Below are positions 29,969-39,902 of a DNA stretch of 64,000 nucleotides, one piece after another. Both the position numbers and the translations under genes were made by a program. Every line of letters begins with the position of its first letter. Position 1 is the first letter of the stretch. Origin of the DNA: Gammaproteobacteria bacterium (lineage in GTDB: Bacteria; Pseudomonadota; Gammaproteobacteria; GCA-001735895); the NCBI GenBank assembly GCA_024225395.1, contig JAAEMR010000044.1, positions 8,132 to 72,131 of the forward strand, read 5' to 3'. The notes under the pieces are model-generated. The model did not search any database and had not been told where the DNA came from. It saw nothing but the letters and a program-made list of their open reading frames with translations.

Positions 29969-32900
29969 ATGGTTTTTTTTCATATTTTTTCATATTTAAG
30001 TAGCAGATCATCAATTACCAGTCATAGACGAAAGATCTGTTACGTATTTTTGGCTTTAACCGGGCTTTTATTGCTCAGTGCCTGTGGTGGTGGAGGAGGT
30101 AAATCACAAGATGACACAACAGTAACACTCAAAGGAGTTGTTCAAAAAGGTCCGTTTACTCAACTTACAGTTAGTGCTTTTCCGGTTAATAGTGCTGGAG
30201 TAAAGGGTAAAGGAGTCACTACAAACTCATCTGGTTCCAGCTTTGAAATTGAACTTCCTGATACAGGGCTTTACCAACTTGAAGCTTCTGGAACTTACAC
30301 CAATGAAGTGACAGGGAATGAAGAAACACTTGAGCAACCATTACTTTCTATCTTAGAAGTCAATACAGAAACACAAACTGGCAATATCAATCTGCTAACA
30401 CATCTGGCAGCGATACAACTTCTTTCACATGTTGCTCAAGGCGAAACAGTCGAAAGTGCTTTGCCCGAAGCAGAAGCTTTTGTTGAGCAAACATTAGGAC
30501 TGGAAGCCACTACTGATTTTACGCAACTTGATCTGACCGCGATTACCGCTGAAAGCACGGTGGATGATCCTGACCTTCAGCTACTGTTACTTTCAGCAGC
30601 CGTGTTACAACATGCAGAAGTCAATAATTTACCCGATCTCGGTGGGTTCATCACAGAGTTTGGCAGTTTTGAAACACCCTCAGAAGCAACTGCCGAATTC
30701 ATTCCCATCAGTGGTTCCAGTGGGTCGTCTCTATATGAAACAGTTCAGCCTTTTTTTCCTCAGTTACCTTCTGCTCTCCCTGCTTTAGCGCAAACCCAAC
30801 CGGTATTTATCTGTGAGCCGGGGTCTGCCTGCAACTGGCAAATGTTTAATACACGCACAGTCAGCTTACTGGCAGAGACCGTTTTGGAAGCTGATGGCGA
30901 AATCGACCTCACACTGCAGCTATCCAGCGCCAGCGATCAAGATATTCAGGTTCAGTTAAATAGTTCTGCTGTCAGTGCCAGTGCAGGCATTGATTTTAGG
31001 CCGGATGAAAAAATTATCACTATAGAAGCTGGTCAAACACAGGCTAGTACAACCTTCAAACTTATTCTGGATGAAGCCGACGAAGCGGCGGAAACAATTC
31101 AATTTGATCTGACCGCAATTGACAATAGCTACGATATTGCAGTGGGTAGAAGGCTGGTGACGATCACCGATGGTTTTGGAACAGTCGTCAACGGGGCAAG
31201 CACCGATGTAGAAGTCTCATCACTGTGCCTGTCAGGGCTGGGTGATGGTTTAACCATTGAAGGTCAGGGTTGTGCTGATGGCTCATTATCCGCAATACCT
31301 GATAGAGACACAGCGGCTCTGGCTGCCGATCTTACTCTGCAAAATAATTGTAATTCTAAGGATACCAGTTGCGATGCTCAAAATAAAAATTGGCTAGTTA
31401 AGCTATCACTGCAAAGCTTTGATAAAAATCTCGGCAGTATCATAAGCGAAGAAGATCTTGGCCATTACTGGTTTCCAGGTAACAAACTTCATCTACCAGA
31501 TGAAACAGCCAAGGTTGAAACCGTATTTGCACATATCACCCCGGCTTTTTTACAACTGCTCGATGATGCCAGGCAAAAGAACCATACTGTCCGTTTAGCG
31601 GCAAGCCTCGTCGAAACCAGTCAGCCGGTGGTGGTTAGTGATTTAGAGCAACCAGTGCTGCTACCTGACACCATCATTGCTGGTGAGCATTCATTGGGTT
31701 ATCAACTACAATCCCTTTCACAAAATGCTGACTGTAGTGGAGACCATTACCTGCTGAATGCCGAGTTCAGCCTGGATGGTCGGCATGATCAACCCGCTGA
31801 ATTGTGTGTACGGGTATCAACCGGCTCAAACAATCAAATAGTTGGGCATCTGCAAGACGGTCAACAGCTTGAGTTAGCCGGTACACAAATACAGCTTCCT
31901 GCTTTTCACTCCAGCCATATTGTTTATCATGATGAAAACCCCAATTTTAGTCGCCTACAAACGCTGGGTGCTGATTATTTTATCATGCCTTCTGCTGATG
32001 ATAATGGTGCTGCGCTACAACAACTCTGTACGGACCTGGATTGCTTTCATGGGCAGGGACTCACTGGAGAGGTTGAAGAACTTTCACTTTATCTGCATGC
32101 AGAGGGGTTACCATTTGCTTTCAAAATTGATTCGGGTTATCTGGATAATCAGGGTATTCAGGTAGATTATTCAGCCCGAAAATACCTGCATTTTGGAGAA
32201 TATGCAATGCATGATGAGAGGAACTTTCATTCAAGTGCAGTGCCTCTAGTTGCTGAAGCAGCTAAATACCTGAAAAGTAATGATATTATTTATCAAAAAT
32301 CGGGGTCAGGTATTTTTCATTTAAGTGATTCAGGCATTACTACGCATATTGATACGTCTGCGGGAGGTGGTTTTCATGCCTTTCCGGATGCAATTTTAAC
32401 ATGGCAGGATTTTGGTTTTGATATTCAAAATAGTAAAATAGCTGGATTAAATACTGTTCCAGTCACATTTAGCTTACTACAAACTACACGCTGTGAAGGT
32501 TGTGCTCTATTGGCACAGGTTCGATATTCACTTTCGGGTGATCTTTTCGTCAATGAATCCGGGATTGCCTTGGGTGATTTAAATATTTCGGGTTCCGCAG
32601 TACCCAAATGGGGGGTTATTGACAATCAGCCTGTTTTCCAGAGACCCGGCGATTTATCGGTAAATTCCAGTGCGATGATTTCTCTGCCCGGGTATATATT
32701 TGATCTCCCTGAAAATGTCGGCATTGATACCTTGCTGTTAGGTCATGTTGAACAAAGTGCTGATGACTTAATCATTCATGCATTAACAAGCCCTGCAGCT
32801 ATAGAAGGAAACGAATGGCCTACAGGCATCACCCTTGGACCGCAGTTTTATTATAGTGATAATGGAGAGCCAGTTGCCGGTGATGGACGTTTGCTTAATG

Positions 32901-35900
32901 ATTATGATCTCCTCATTAATAATGGTATTGATGATGTATTTACCAAACCTGTAAATAAAGGGGTTAAATATGTCATCAGAAATAGTGGCATCACGGGCGT
33001 TTTTAATCTGGATATAAATCCGGATTTAGGCGATGCCATGACTATTTTTGATTATCAGTTAAATTTCAGGCGCTTTGCCTTTCGTTTAACGGATAATACG
33101 CTGGATGATAAACTAAGCTGGGTCGATGGCACTATCCATTTACCGGGTCATGCCGATTTTGATACCGAGTTTACCTCATTGATTCTTGGCTGTGATGGAA
33201 AGTTTGATAAAGGTTCAGTGACTTATTGTGCTGATGACAGCTGTCAGCAAAACTTAAACGCCTGGAATGCTAACACCGATATTTTCAATATGAGGTTTTC
33301 CAGTGCTGCTGCTTGCGTTGCTTCAGATCAGCAGTTAATTTTAGATCAAACGGTAGAAATGCTGGCTCTTAATAACGAAACAGGAGCGATAAAACCCGTG
33401 GGCATCGTTGATGCTAAATGGTCTCCAGCAGGGAATATTCTAGACAGTTCTCTGGCTCCCCTACAAAATATGATGCTTGATAGAAAACCAACCCACAATG
33501 GTTTTGCAATCTCTCCCGGTTCTGGACAATTATCCGTATTAACGAACCCCGCTGATTATGGTGTGCTGGAATTAAAATCAACACGACTGGTTGCTGGACA
33601 GTTTTGGAGTGCTATGCAAACAGACATTCGTTTAGCCAATCAAGATTCAGCAGCAGCTGAAAATTCTGTAGTGGTGGCAGCGGGAGAGCTTGAAGAAATC
33701 AAAGCGCAAAGACCAGAGCAAGGTAATACGGAACTGGCTGCAAACCTGGTATCCGACGGGGGGTATAAACAATATAGCCCCGATGCCTATTACGACTGGA
33801 AAGGGTTATTCGACTTTTCGCTTCCTGTTTACTATACCAGTGGTGACTCAGCCGCAGAACAGGCCAGTTTTTACGGTCGTTACAAAAAAACGGATTTAGT
33901 GATTATGCAAGCAGGTGCTGGTATTGATTATATTAACGCTGATAACACACAATTAAGCTTTGGCGTATCAGCAAAAATACCCGAAGTAGGCAGTCTACCC
34001 ATCAAACTTAACTTAACGGATCTCGCCAGCCTTAAAAATATCGATAACTTATTGGCAGGATTAAGTATAAATCTGGATCTTGAACAACAATTTACTGTAA
34101 CCATTCCGTTACAACCACTTTTATCCGATATTCTGGATTTGGGCAGTAATGGAATATTAGCGGCCACAGAAGAAGTGTTAGATGAAATACTAAAACACAG
34201 TGCAGAACGGACTATTGAAGGTATTGATGTAAATTTATGGGAAGAAGTAGCCGAACCCTTAGTGGCACTACAATCTATTCCACTGCAACTCCATGCCGTA
34301 TTTGATGCAGGTATCAGCGAATCCTTTCATACCGGCGTTTTTGAAAAATCACTAAATTTGAGAGAACAACTTCAGGCATTGGATGAAGAATTAACCGTCA
34401 ATGCCTCGGTAGCAGTAACTGATACCAATGTCACGATACCTGTTTTGCAATATATTTTACGCATTAAGCTGATTCTTGGTGATATACAGCAAGAAAATGA
34501 TCGCGTATTAAATGATATAAATCGGGTAGCTGATCAGGCGCTTTCACTGGTAGACAGCGTTGATGGTCGAATCAATAATCAGATAACCCGTTTAAACACA
34601 GCAATCGATGCAATAACCAATAACAGTACAGGGATTTTACAACAGGCTTTTGCTGTAACAGAGTTAGCCTGTAGAGCAGATACTCCTGTTATTGATGATG
34701 TACGGTTCCTGAAACCAGGATTAGATCAGGTTAAAAATGTAGAAAGAGCGATAGAAGAGTTAGCTAAGATAACCCAGTTAATCGGTATTGTCAGTTTACT
34801 CTATACGGGGGAGGCTGAACTTAATCAACAGCTACAACAAACACTGCAAACTATAGAGCAGGAAGCTGAAATTTTAAAAAGTGATTTTGAAGCCGGTCTG
34901 GATGGTTTGTTTGAGGCTTTGTGTAGTAGTAATGACTCGGATGTATACATTCAACATGCTCTGGAACACTTCGAGAGTTTGCGAGGACAGGTAGAAGAAG
35001 TAACTGAAAATCTGAATGCAATTCCACCAATAATTGAACAGGAGATTAATGCTGCAAAAATACAGCTTAGTACCATTCAAATCTATCTTTCCACTTTAGA
35101 AACTATTCTGACTGATGTTGAACAGCAATTGGTTCATCCTACCGGGGGCTTTCATTTAAGTCTTATTCATGAACAAATTAATCATGGAATAAGTGTATTC
35201 GATACAGATGCTTATGACTTCCGGCTCTACTCTGATGGAACGGGAGGGACTGTAGACTTCCATACAGGTTTAGTTGTCGATCTTGATACTCGTCTTGAAG
35301 CGTTACCTCAAAGAGTCCGTGAATTGATTCCACAAATTAATTTTAGCGGGGCTTATTTCAGTGCGGATGAATATCGTGCGTTAATTATTCAGGGCATCAT
35401 GAGCAGTGTGGGAATTTCTGAATTGCGTGAAGGTATAAACCGCTTTTTACAATCCTACATCGATGACATTATGTCAACCCAGTTGCTGATTAGTGACCAG
35501 ATCAATCTTGCCATAAAAGCCCAGTTAGCCAGGGTAGCATCACCCGTTAATGATTTGATCGCTGAAGCGACAGCACAGTTACCGTTACCGATGGAAGCAG
35601 CCGAGCTAAATGGTTCAGCCATTATTGAATATAACACTTTGACCAATATTCATATTCAGGCAATTTTTTCAACTCCGGGTCAGGGTGAAGATGTTAAAGG
35701 TAATACGTTTGAAGGCGCCTTTGATGCTTATAGCCATACCGCTAACGATGGAACTGAGAATTGTGATCGAACTGGCATTGATGCCCTGCATGCAAAAATA
35801 TCAGCCTCAGGACCCATCAGTATTGGAGACTCAAGTCAAGAAGCCAGTATTGGTCTGGAATTTACCTTTAATACAGCTGCTGATGGCATTTCTACCTATT

Positions 35901-36553
35901 TACCGATTGGTTTAAATGGAGGAATAACATTAAAAGGCCCACTGGATTATGACCCTTTTGTATTAAATGACTTTGCTTTTGAAGTAGGTCTTGGTTTAGA
36001 TGAAGTGTATTTAGGTGCAGGAGGAACAGGCATGTTTGATACCACAGAACTGGGGTTATACGCCTTTGTTGGTAGAACCTGTAAGTCAGAAGTAATTACC
36101 CGGATTGACTCTCAGGTTGCCGACTTTATTAGCATTCAAAGTCCTTTTTCAGGTCTATATGCTCGCGGAAATACCGTTATTCCGTTGGTCAATTATAGCT
36201 GCGCCTTAAATGCCAGTGCCTCAGTTGATGTCGGTAGCTGGATTACTGTAGAACCTGCGGGTGGTTTTGGCGGGTTATTAGGTGGTGGTTTGATGGGTGA
36301 ACTTGCCTGTGTCGGGTCATTACGAGGACAGGTGAAAACCGCAGCATCTATCAATACCCGTGGAGATATATTCTTTGCCGGTGAAGCATTTGCTGTGGCT
36401 GGAGCAGGTCCTGATTGTGATGCAGGAACATGGACCAATATCGGTCGCTCCCGCGGCGATGACTGGTGCGGTACTGCTGATATTCGTATAGGGGTGAAAT
36501 ATGAAGATGAAGCCTGGGATGTTAGTCCAGATTCACCCACCGCAATACATTAA
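29969..36553 (+). CDS. Giant lipoprotein (2194 aa) with a Calx-beta domain and coiled-coil regions; surface protein of unknown function
   Basis: Lipobox LLLSAC GGGGG. Calx-beta-like segment (…IQVQLNSSAVSASAGIDFRPDEKIITIEAGQTQASTTFKL…). Long uninterrupted ORF. Confidence 0.7.
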   Translation: MVFFHIFSYLSSRSSITSHRRKICYVFLALTGLLLLSACGGGGGKSQDDTTVTLKGVVQKGPFTQLTVSAFPVNSAGVKGKGVTTNSSGSSFEIELPDTGLYQLEASGTYTNEVTGNEETLEQPLLSILEVNTETQTGNINLLTHLAAIQLLSHVAQGETVESALPEAEAFVEQTLGLEATTDFTQLDLTAITAESTVDDPDLQLLLLSAAVLQHAEVNNLPDLGGFITEFGSFETPSEATAEFIPISGSSGSSLYETVQPFFPQLPSALPALAQTQPVFICEPGSACNWQMFNTRTVSLLAETVLEADGEIDLTLQLSSASDQDIQVQLNSSAVSASAGIDFRPDEKIITIEAGQTQASTTFKLILDEADEAAETIQFDLTAIDNSYDIAVGRRLVTITDGFGTVVNGASTDVEVSSLCLSGLGDGLTIEGQGCADGSLSAIPDRDTAALAADLTLQNNCNSKDTSCDAQNKNWLVKLSLQSFDKNLGSIISEEDLGHYWFPGNKLHLPDETAKVETVFAHITPAFLQLLDDARQKNHTVRLAASLVETSQPVVVSDLEQPVLLPDTIIAGEHSLGYQLQSLSQNADCSGDHYLLNAEFSLDGRHDQPAELCVRVSTGSNNQIVGHLQDGQQLELAGTQIQLPAFHSSHIVYHDENPNFSRLQTLGADYFIMPSADDNGAALQQLCTDLDCFHGQGLTGEVEELSLYLHAEGLPFAFKIDSGYLDNQGIQVDYSARKYLHFGEYAMHDERNFHSSAVPLVAEAAKYLKSNDIIYQKSGSGIFHLSDSGITTHIDTSAGGGFHAFPDAILTWQDFGFDIQNSKIAGLNTVPVTFSLLQTTRCEGCALLAQVRYSLSGDLFVNESGIALGDLNISGSAVPKWGVIDNQPVFQRPGDLSVNSSAMISLPGYIFDLPENVGIDTLLLGHVEQSADDLIIHALTSPAAIEGNEWPTGITLGPQFYYSDNGEPVAGDGRLLNDYDLLINNGIDDVFTKPVNKGVKYVIRNSGITGVFNLDINPDLGDAMTIFDYQLNFRRFAFRLTDNTLDDKLSWVDGTIHLPGHADFDTEFTSLILGCDGKFDKGSVTYCADDSCQQNLNAWNANTDIFNMRFSSAAACVASDQQLILDQTVEMLALNNETGAIKPVGIVDAKWSPAGNILDSSLAPLQNMMLDRKPTHNGFAISPGSGQLSVLTNPADYGVLELKSTRLVAGQFWSAMQTDIRLANQDSAAAENSVVVAAGELEEIKAQRPEQGNTELAANLVSDGGYKQYSPDAYYDWKGLFDFSLPVYYTSGDSAAEQASFYGRYKKTDLVIMQAGAGIDYINADNTQLSFGVSAKIPEVGSLPIKLNLTDLASLKNIDNLLAGLSINLDLEQQFTVTIPLQPLLSDILDLGSNGILAATEEVLDEILKHSAERTIEGIDVNLWEEVAEPLVALQSIPLQLHAVFDAGISESFHTGVFEKSLNLREQLQALDEELTVNASVAVTDTNVTIPVLQYILRIKLILGDIQQENDRVLNDINRVADQALSLVDSVDGRINNQITRLNTAIDAITNNSTGILQQAFAVTELACRADTPVIDDVRFLKPGLDQVKNVERAIEELAKITQLIGIVSLLYTGEAELNQQLQQTLQTIEQEAEILKSDFEAGLDGLFEALCSSNDSDVYIQHALEHFESLRGQVEEVTENLNAIPPIIEQEINAAKIQLSTIQIYLSTLETILTDVEQQLVHPTGGFHLSLIHEQINHGISVFDTDAYDFRLYSDGTGGTVDFHTGLVVDLDTRLEALPQRVRELIPQINFSGAYFSADEYRALIIQGIMSSVGISELREGINRFLQSYIDDIMSTQLLISDQINLAIKAQLARVASPVNDLIAEATAQLPLPMEAAELNGSAIIEYNTLTNIHIQAIFSTPGQGEDVKGNTFEGAFDAYSHTANDGTENCDRTGIDALHAKISASGPISIGDSSQEASIGLEFTFNTAADGISTYLPIGLNGGITLKGPLDYDPFVLNDFAFEVGLGLDEVYLGAGGTGMFDTTELGLYAFVGRTCKSEVITRIDSQVADFISIQSPFSGLYARGNTVIPLVNYSCALNASASVDVGSWITVEPAGGFGGLLGGGLMGELACVGSLRGQVKTAASINTRGDIFFAGEAFAVAGAGPDCDAGTWTNIGRSRGDDWCGTADIRIGVKYEDEAWDVSPDSPTAIH

Positions 36554-36569
36554 TCAGGGAGGATAAAAA

Positions 36570-39500
36570 ATGAAAACTCAAATAGTTTACAACATGAAAA
36601 AAGCAGTTCTACTACTTACTCTAATTCTTATTCAGCTTTTATTTTCCAGGCAGTTAATGGCGAATGAAGGGCAGTTTTATTTTACGGCCAAATCTGCACC
36701 TTTAGGAGCAAGTTCGCAAATGGGTAAATCAGCTCAAGCGGTCTATTTACGCTGGGATCTGGTGGAAGGATTATTGCCTGATGATATAACCCGTTTTGAA
36801 TTAAGGCGTGATGATATTCCTACTCCTCTCCTGAAAAAAAATATCGATGACATCATGCTACCAGCTGAAATTCACCAAATGTATGCGGGTGAAGCAGAAC
36901 AACAACGTCTGTTACAAACCGTTAATTCATTACAAAAGCTGTCTTTAGCTCAAAACCAACCGTTCAATGCCAGTGGTTTTGCCACAGAACTACATGACAG
37001 ATTAACCAATAGTGACGATATAGCCTGGACTTTTCTGGCCTCTCGGCAAAATTTTAACATTGCCAGAGCGCGTTATCGTGGATATCTGGACACCGAGGCT
37101 TCTGGCTTAGTAACCTATAAACTCTATGTTTTTAATGCACAGGGAAACTCTGCTCTGGTAGGAAAAGTGGATGTAGATACGACGTCTTTAACTGACAAGC
37201 AAGTATTACCGGTCAGTAACTTTCATCAGGTAGAAAAAACGAACTGCAGTATCACAAATGCTATGGAAGATCATTATACTGTCATACTGGATTGGGCGGC
37301 GCCCGGTAATACGGTAACTGATCATACCGCCAGTGCTTTGCAAAATGGCGGTTATCAAATATATCGATCAACTTCAAACATCGGGGCTGATATCACTGAA
37401 GTTCCTGTTGTTAATCTCGCTGCTAAAGCAGCTACTTTGGGGCATGATCAGCGCGGTAATATCAAATTTACTGATCTGGAACCGGTAAATGAATTTTTAA
37501 TCATAGCCGAAGGAAATGATACTCAGGGACAAAGACAACCAGCCTATTTTGAATCGCCCAGCCAATTAAAAGCGGCAGGTTTAAAACCCGGTGATAAACG
37601 TTTTTATTACATTGCTCCAATAGACTTTGCAGGGCATATTGGAAAAACAACAGGCACCATAGTTCAGGTTCCCGACCGCTTAAAACCCGCAACACCCTGG
37701 AATATTGAGTTTAAACAAGCAACAGGAAGTATTGACCGGGCCAGTCTGGAATGGGATAGCAGTACTTTAACAAACTATACCGCTTACTATGATCAAAGCC
37801 GGGTGATTTGTAACGCCGAATCAGCTGCAGTTGACGGGAAAATTGAATATGCAGCTTCCTTGGAAGCCTGTAATTCAGTCATACATAGCCGAATCGATAT
37901 TGAAACCTATCTGGTTTATCGTTTTCAGACAGCACAACAGTCAGCGGGGTTTAGTGATGCGGATGGAGATGGATTTACTGATGTTGATGAAAAAATAGCA
38001 GGTAGTAATGCCTGTGATGATGGATCGATACCTACCGATTCAACCACAAAATATTTAATTAAGCAGGATAATTATTCAGCGATAGATCTTGCCAATGGAC
38101 GTAAAAAAATTCGTTTCAACGATACGTTTTTAACAGAAGATGAGAATGTTGGTAACACCTTCTGGTATCGTATCGCCAGTAAAACTGCTGATGGGAATAT
38201 CAGTCCACTGTCTGCACCCATAAGAGGTGTTTTCTGGGACAGGGTTTTACCTCAAAAACCAACATTTACTGCATTCAGGAATGGAAATTGCTGTAAATTG
38301 ACGACCACTGGTGGAGATAACTGGGCATTTACTGATGAGGTTGAGCAGCTAGGCAGTCTCTCGCTATTATTTTCCAGTGACTCAAACTCACAGACTTCAC
38401 CTTTTAACACCATTCATTTTTCAGACTCAGAATCTACTCTCTGTAAAGACAAAGACAGCCCCATTCAAGCTTTTTGGGGTAAAGATATTGCTGGCCGTGA
38501 GCTTATATATCCCGGTGCTGAACCTGGTTCTCTGCAACAGGCATATTGCCAGGTTGCTATACCGGAATCTATGGATCTCTGTAAAACAGGCAGTTGGAAA
38601 CTGGAAAAAACCAGTTGCGAGCAACCGGTGAGAACAGGTGATATTGTCGATGGTCCTGTGCAAATTACGGTTAATGCAGAAGAAGAGGGCGATTGCGTCA
38701 CTCTATGGAGTAAAATTGCCGGTCAGTATACGCGGGTAGGATCATCATGCGGAACTGATCAAATTTCAAACCTTGTTTATGAAGCTGAACCCGGAGAATG
38801 CCTCTTTGCACATTCACAGGATAGTAGTGGAAACCAGTCACCTTTAACCGAGGTTGTTTGTACAACGACTGCCAGTAGCAGTCCTCCCAGCCCTCCACAG
38901 GTTATTTCATTTAACGCTGGAACAGATAGTTCAGACTTTAGCTGGCGCCTGCCTCTGGAGCCTACAGCCATCACGTTGGTAGAAATTAGTAGCGATGTTA
39001 GTGAAAACCAACAGACTGATTCAGACTTTCAGTTACTGTCGATTCCAAATGCAGGTTTTATTCCTGGCAATGTTTTTGCTGAAACTACCGGCATTCATGA
39101 ATTAATCGGCGCCAGAGACCAGTGGTGTATACGCATGAAAGCCCTGGCACCTGTTGCTCAAGATGCCGCAGAACCATTAAGTTCTGAATGGAGTAACCGC
39201 TTATGTAGTACCCGAAGAACACGTACCGATCAATCTAAAGATTATATGCCCTGGCCATTGGTTGAAAATGTATCGGTGGAACAGGGTTTTGTTGTGAAAG
39301 CCAGTAAAGATTTTATTGATAGTTCGTTGGGCATGGCTTATGAAAAAATGCCTATTATTATACCCTTTGCTTCCCCCGCCCTTATTGCTTTGAACAATGA
39401 TGGAGGTGTACTCGATTGTAACATTCATGATCGAAGCATTAATTTTGATGAGTCGGATTCTACTGATTCGGGTTTATTATTATTCGGTCGAAATGTCACT

Positions 39501-39902
39501 TGTCCATCGCTTTTTTCTGTTGAAAAATTGCAACTAAATAAATTAGTAGACCTTCCATTTATGGTTTACAGGCAGGCTCGTACAATGGATGGTAACGTCG
39601 GAAAGTGGGTTCAGGTAAGCCCGTTGATTAATACGATATTCTGGGAATTTTATCTGGAAAAAGACAATGTAACCAGAGTCTGGACTTTTAATGACCCTTA
39701 TTTCAAGTTTTTCCGAACATCCTATAATCCGGCCTCTCCCTGGGTATTATCTTTTGTTGACCGATACCCGCATATTGCCGGATATGAATACCGCTATCAA
39801 ATTGTCAGCTTTACAGAAGAACATGCAATTGATGCTATTAAAATATCTGCCGGATTAGACGAAACCTGGGTAAAAGCCGCTGAGCTGGGAGCAATGCAAT
39901 GA
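36570..39902 (+). CDS. Secreted large protein (1110 aa), possibly with Fn3-like domains; function unknown
   Basis: Signal peptide (…LLFSRQLMA). Lies 16 nt downstream of the giant gene. Its stop overlaps the next start (ATGA). Confidence 0.6.
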   Translation: MKTQIVYNMKKAVLLLTLILIQLLFSRQLMANEGQFYFTAKSAPLGASSQMGKSAQAVYLRWDLVEGLLPDDITRFELRRDDIPTPLLKKNIDDIMLPAEIHQMYAGEAEQQRLLQTVNSLQKLSLAQNQPFNASGFATELHDRLTNSDDIAWTFLASRQNFNIARARYRGYLDTEASGLVTYKLYVFNAQGNSALVGKVDVDTTSLTDKQVLPVSNFHQVEKTNCSITNAMEDHYTVILDWAAPGNTVTDHTASALQNGGYQIYRSTSNIGADITEVPVVNLAAKAATLGHDQRGNIKFTDLEPVNEFLIIAEGNDTQGQRQPAYFESPSQLKAAGLKPGDKRFYYIAPIDFAGHIGKTTGTIVQVPDRLKPATPWNIEFKQATGSIDRASLEWDSSTLTNYTAYYDQSRVICNAESAAVDGKIEYAASLEACNSVIHSRIDIETYLVYRFQTAQQSAGFSDADGDGFTDVDEKIAGSNACDDGSIPTDSTTKYLIKQDNYSAIDLANGRKKIRFNDTFLTEDENVGNTFWYRIASKTADGNISPLSAPIRGVFWDRVLPQKPTFTAFRNGNCCKLTTTGGDNWAFTDEVEQLGSLSLLFSSDSNSQTSPFNTIHFSDSESTLCKDKDSPIQAFWGKDIAGRELIYPGAEPGSLQQAYCQVAIPESMDLCKTGSWKLEKTSCEQPVRTGDIVDGPVQITVNAEEEGDCVTLWSKIAGQYTRVGSSCGTDQISNLVYEAEPGECLFAHSQDSSGNQSPLTEVVCTTTASSSPPSPPQVISFNAGTDSSDFSWRLPLEPTAITLVEISSDVSENQQTDSDFQLLSIPNAGFIPGNVFAETTGIHELIGARDQWCIRMKALAPVAQDAAEPLSSEWSNRLCSTRRTRTDQSKDYMPWPLVENVSVEQGFVVKASKDFIDSSLGMAYEKMPIIIPFASPALIALNNDGGVLDCNIHDRSINFDESDSTDSGLLLFGRNVTCPSLFSVEKLQLNKLVDLPFMVYRQARTMDGNVGKWVQVSPLINTIFWEFYLEKDNVTRVWTFNDPYFKFFRTSYNPASPWVLSFVDRYPHIAGYEYRYQIVSFTEEHAIDAIKISAGLDETWVKAAELGAMQ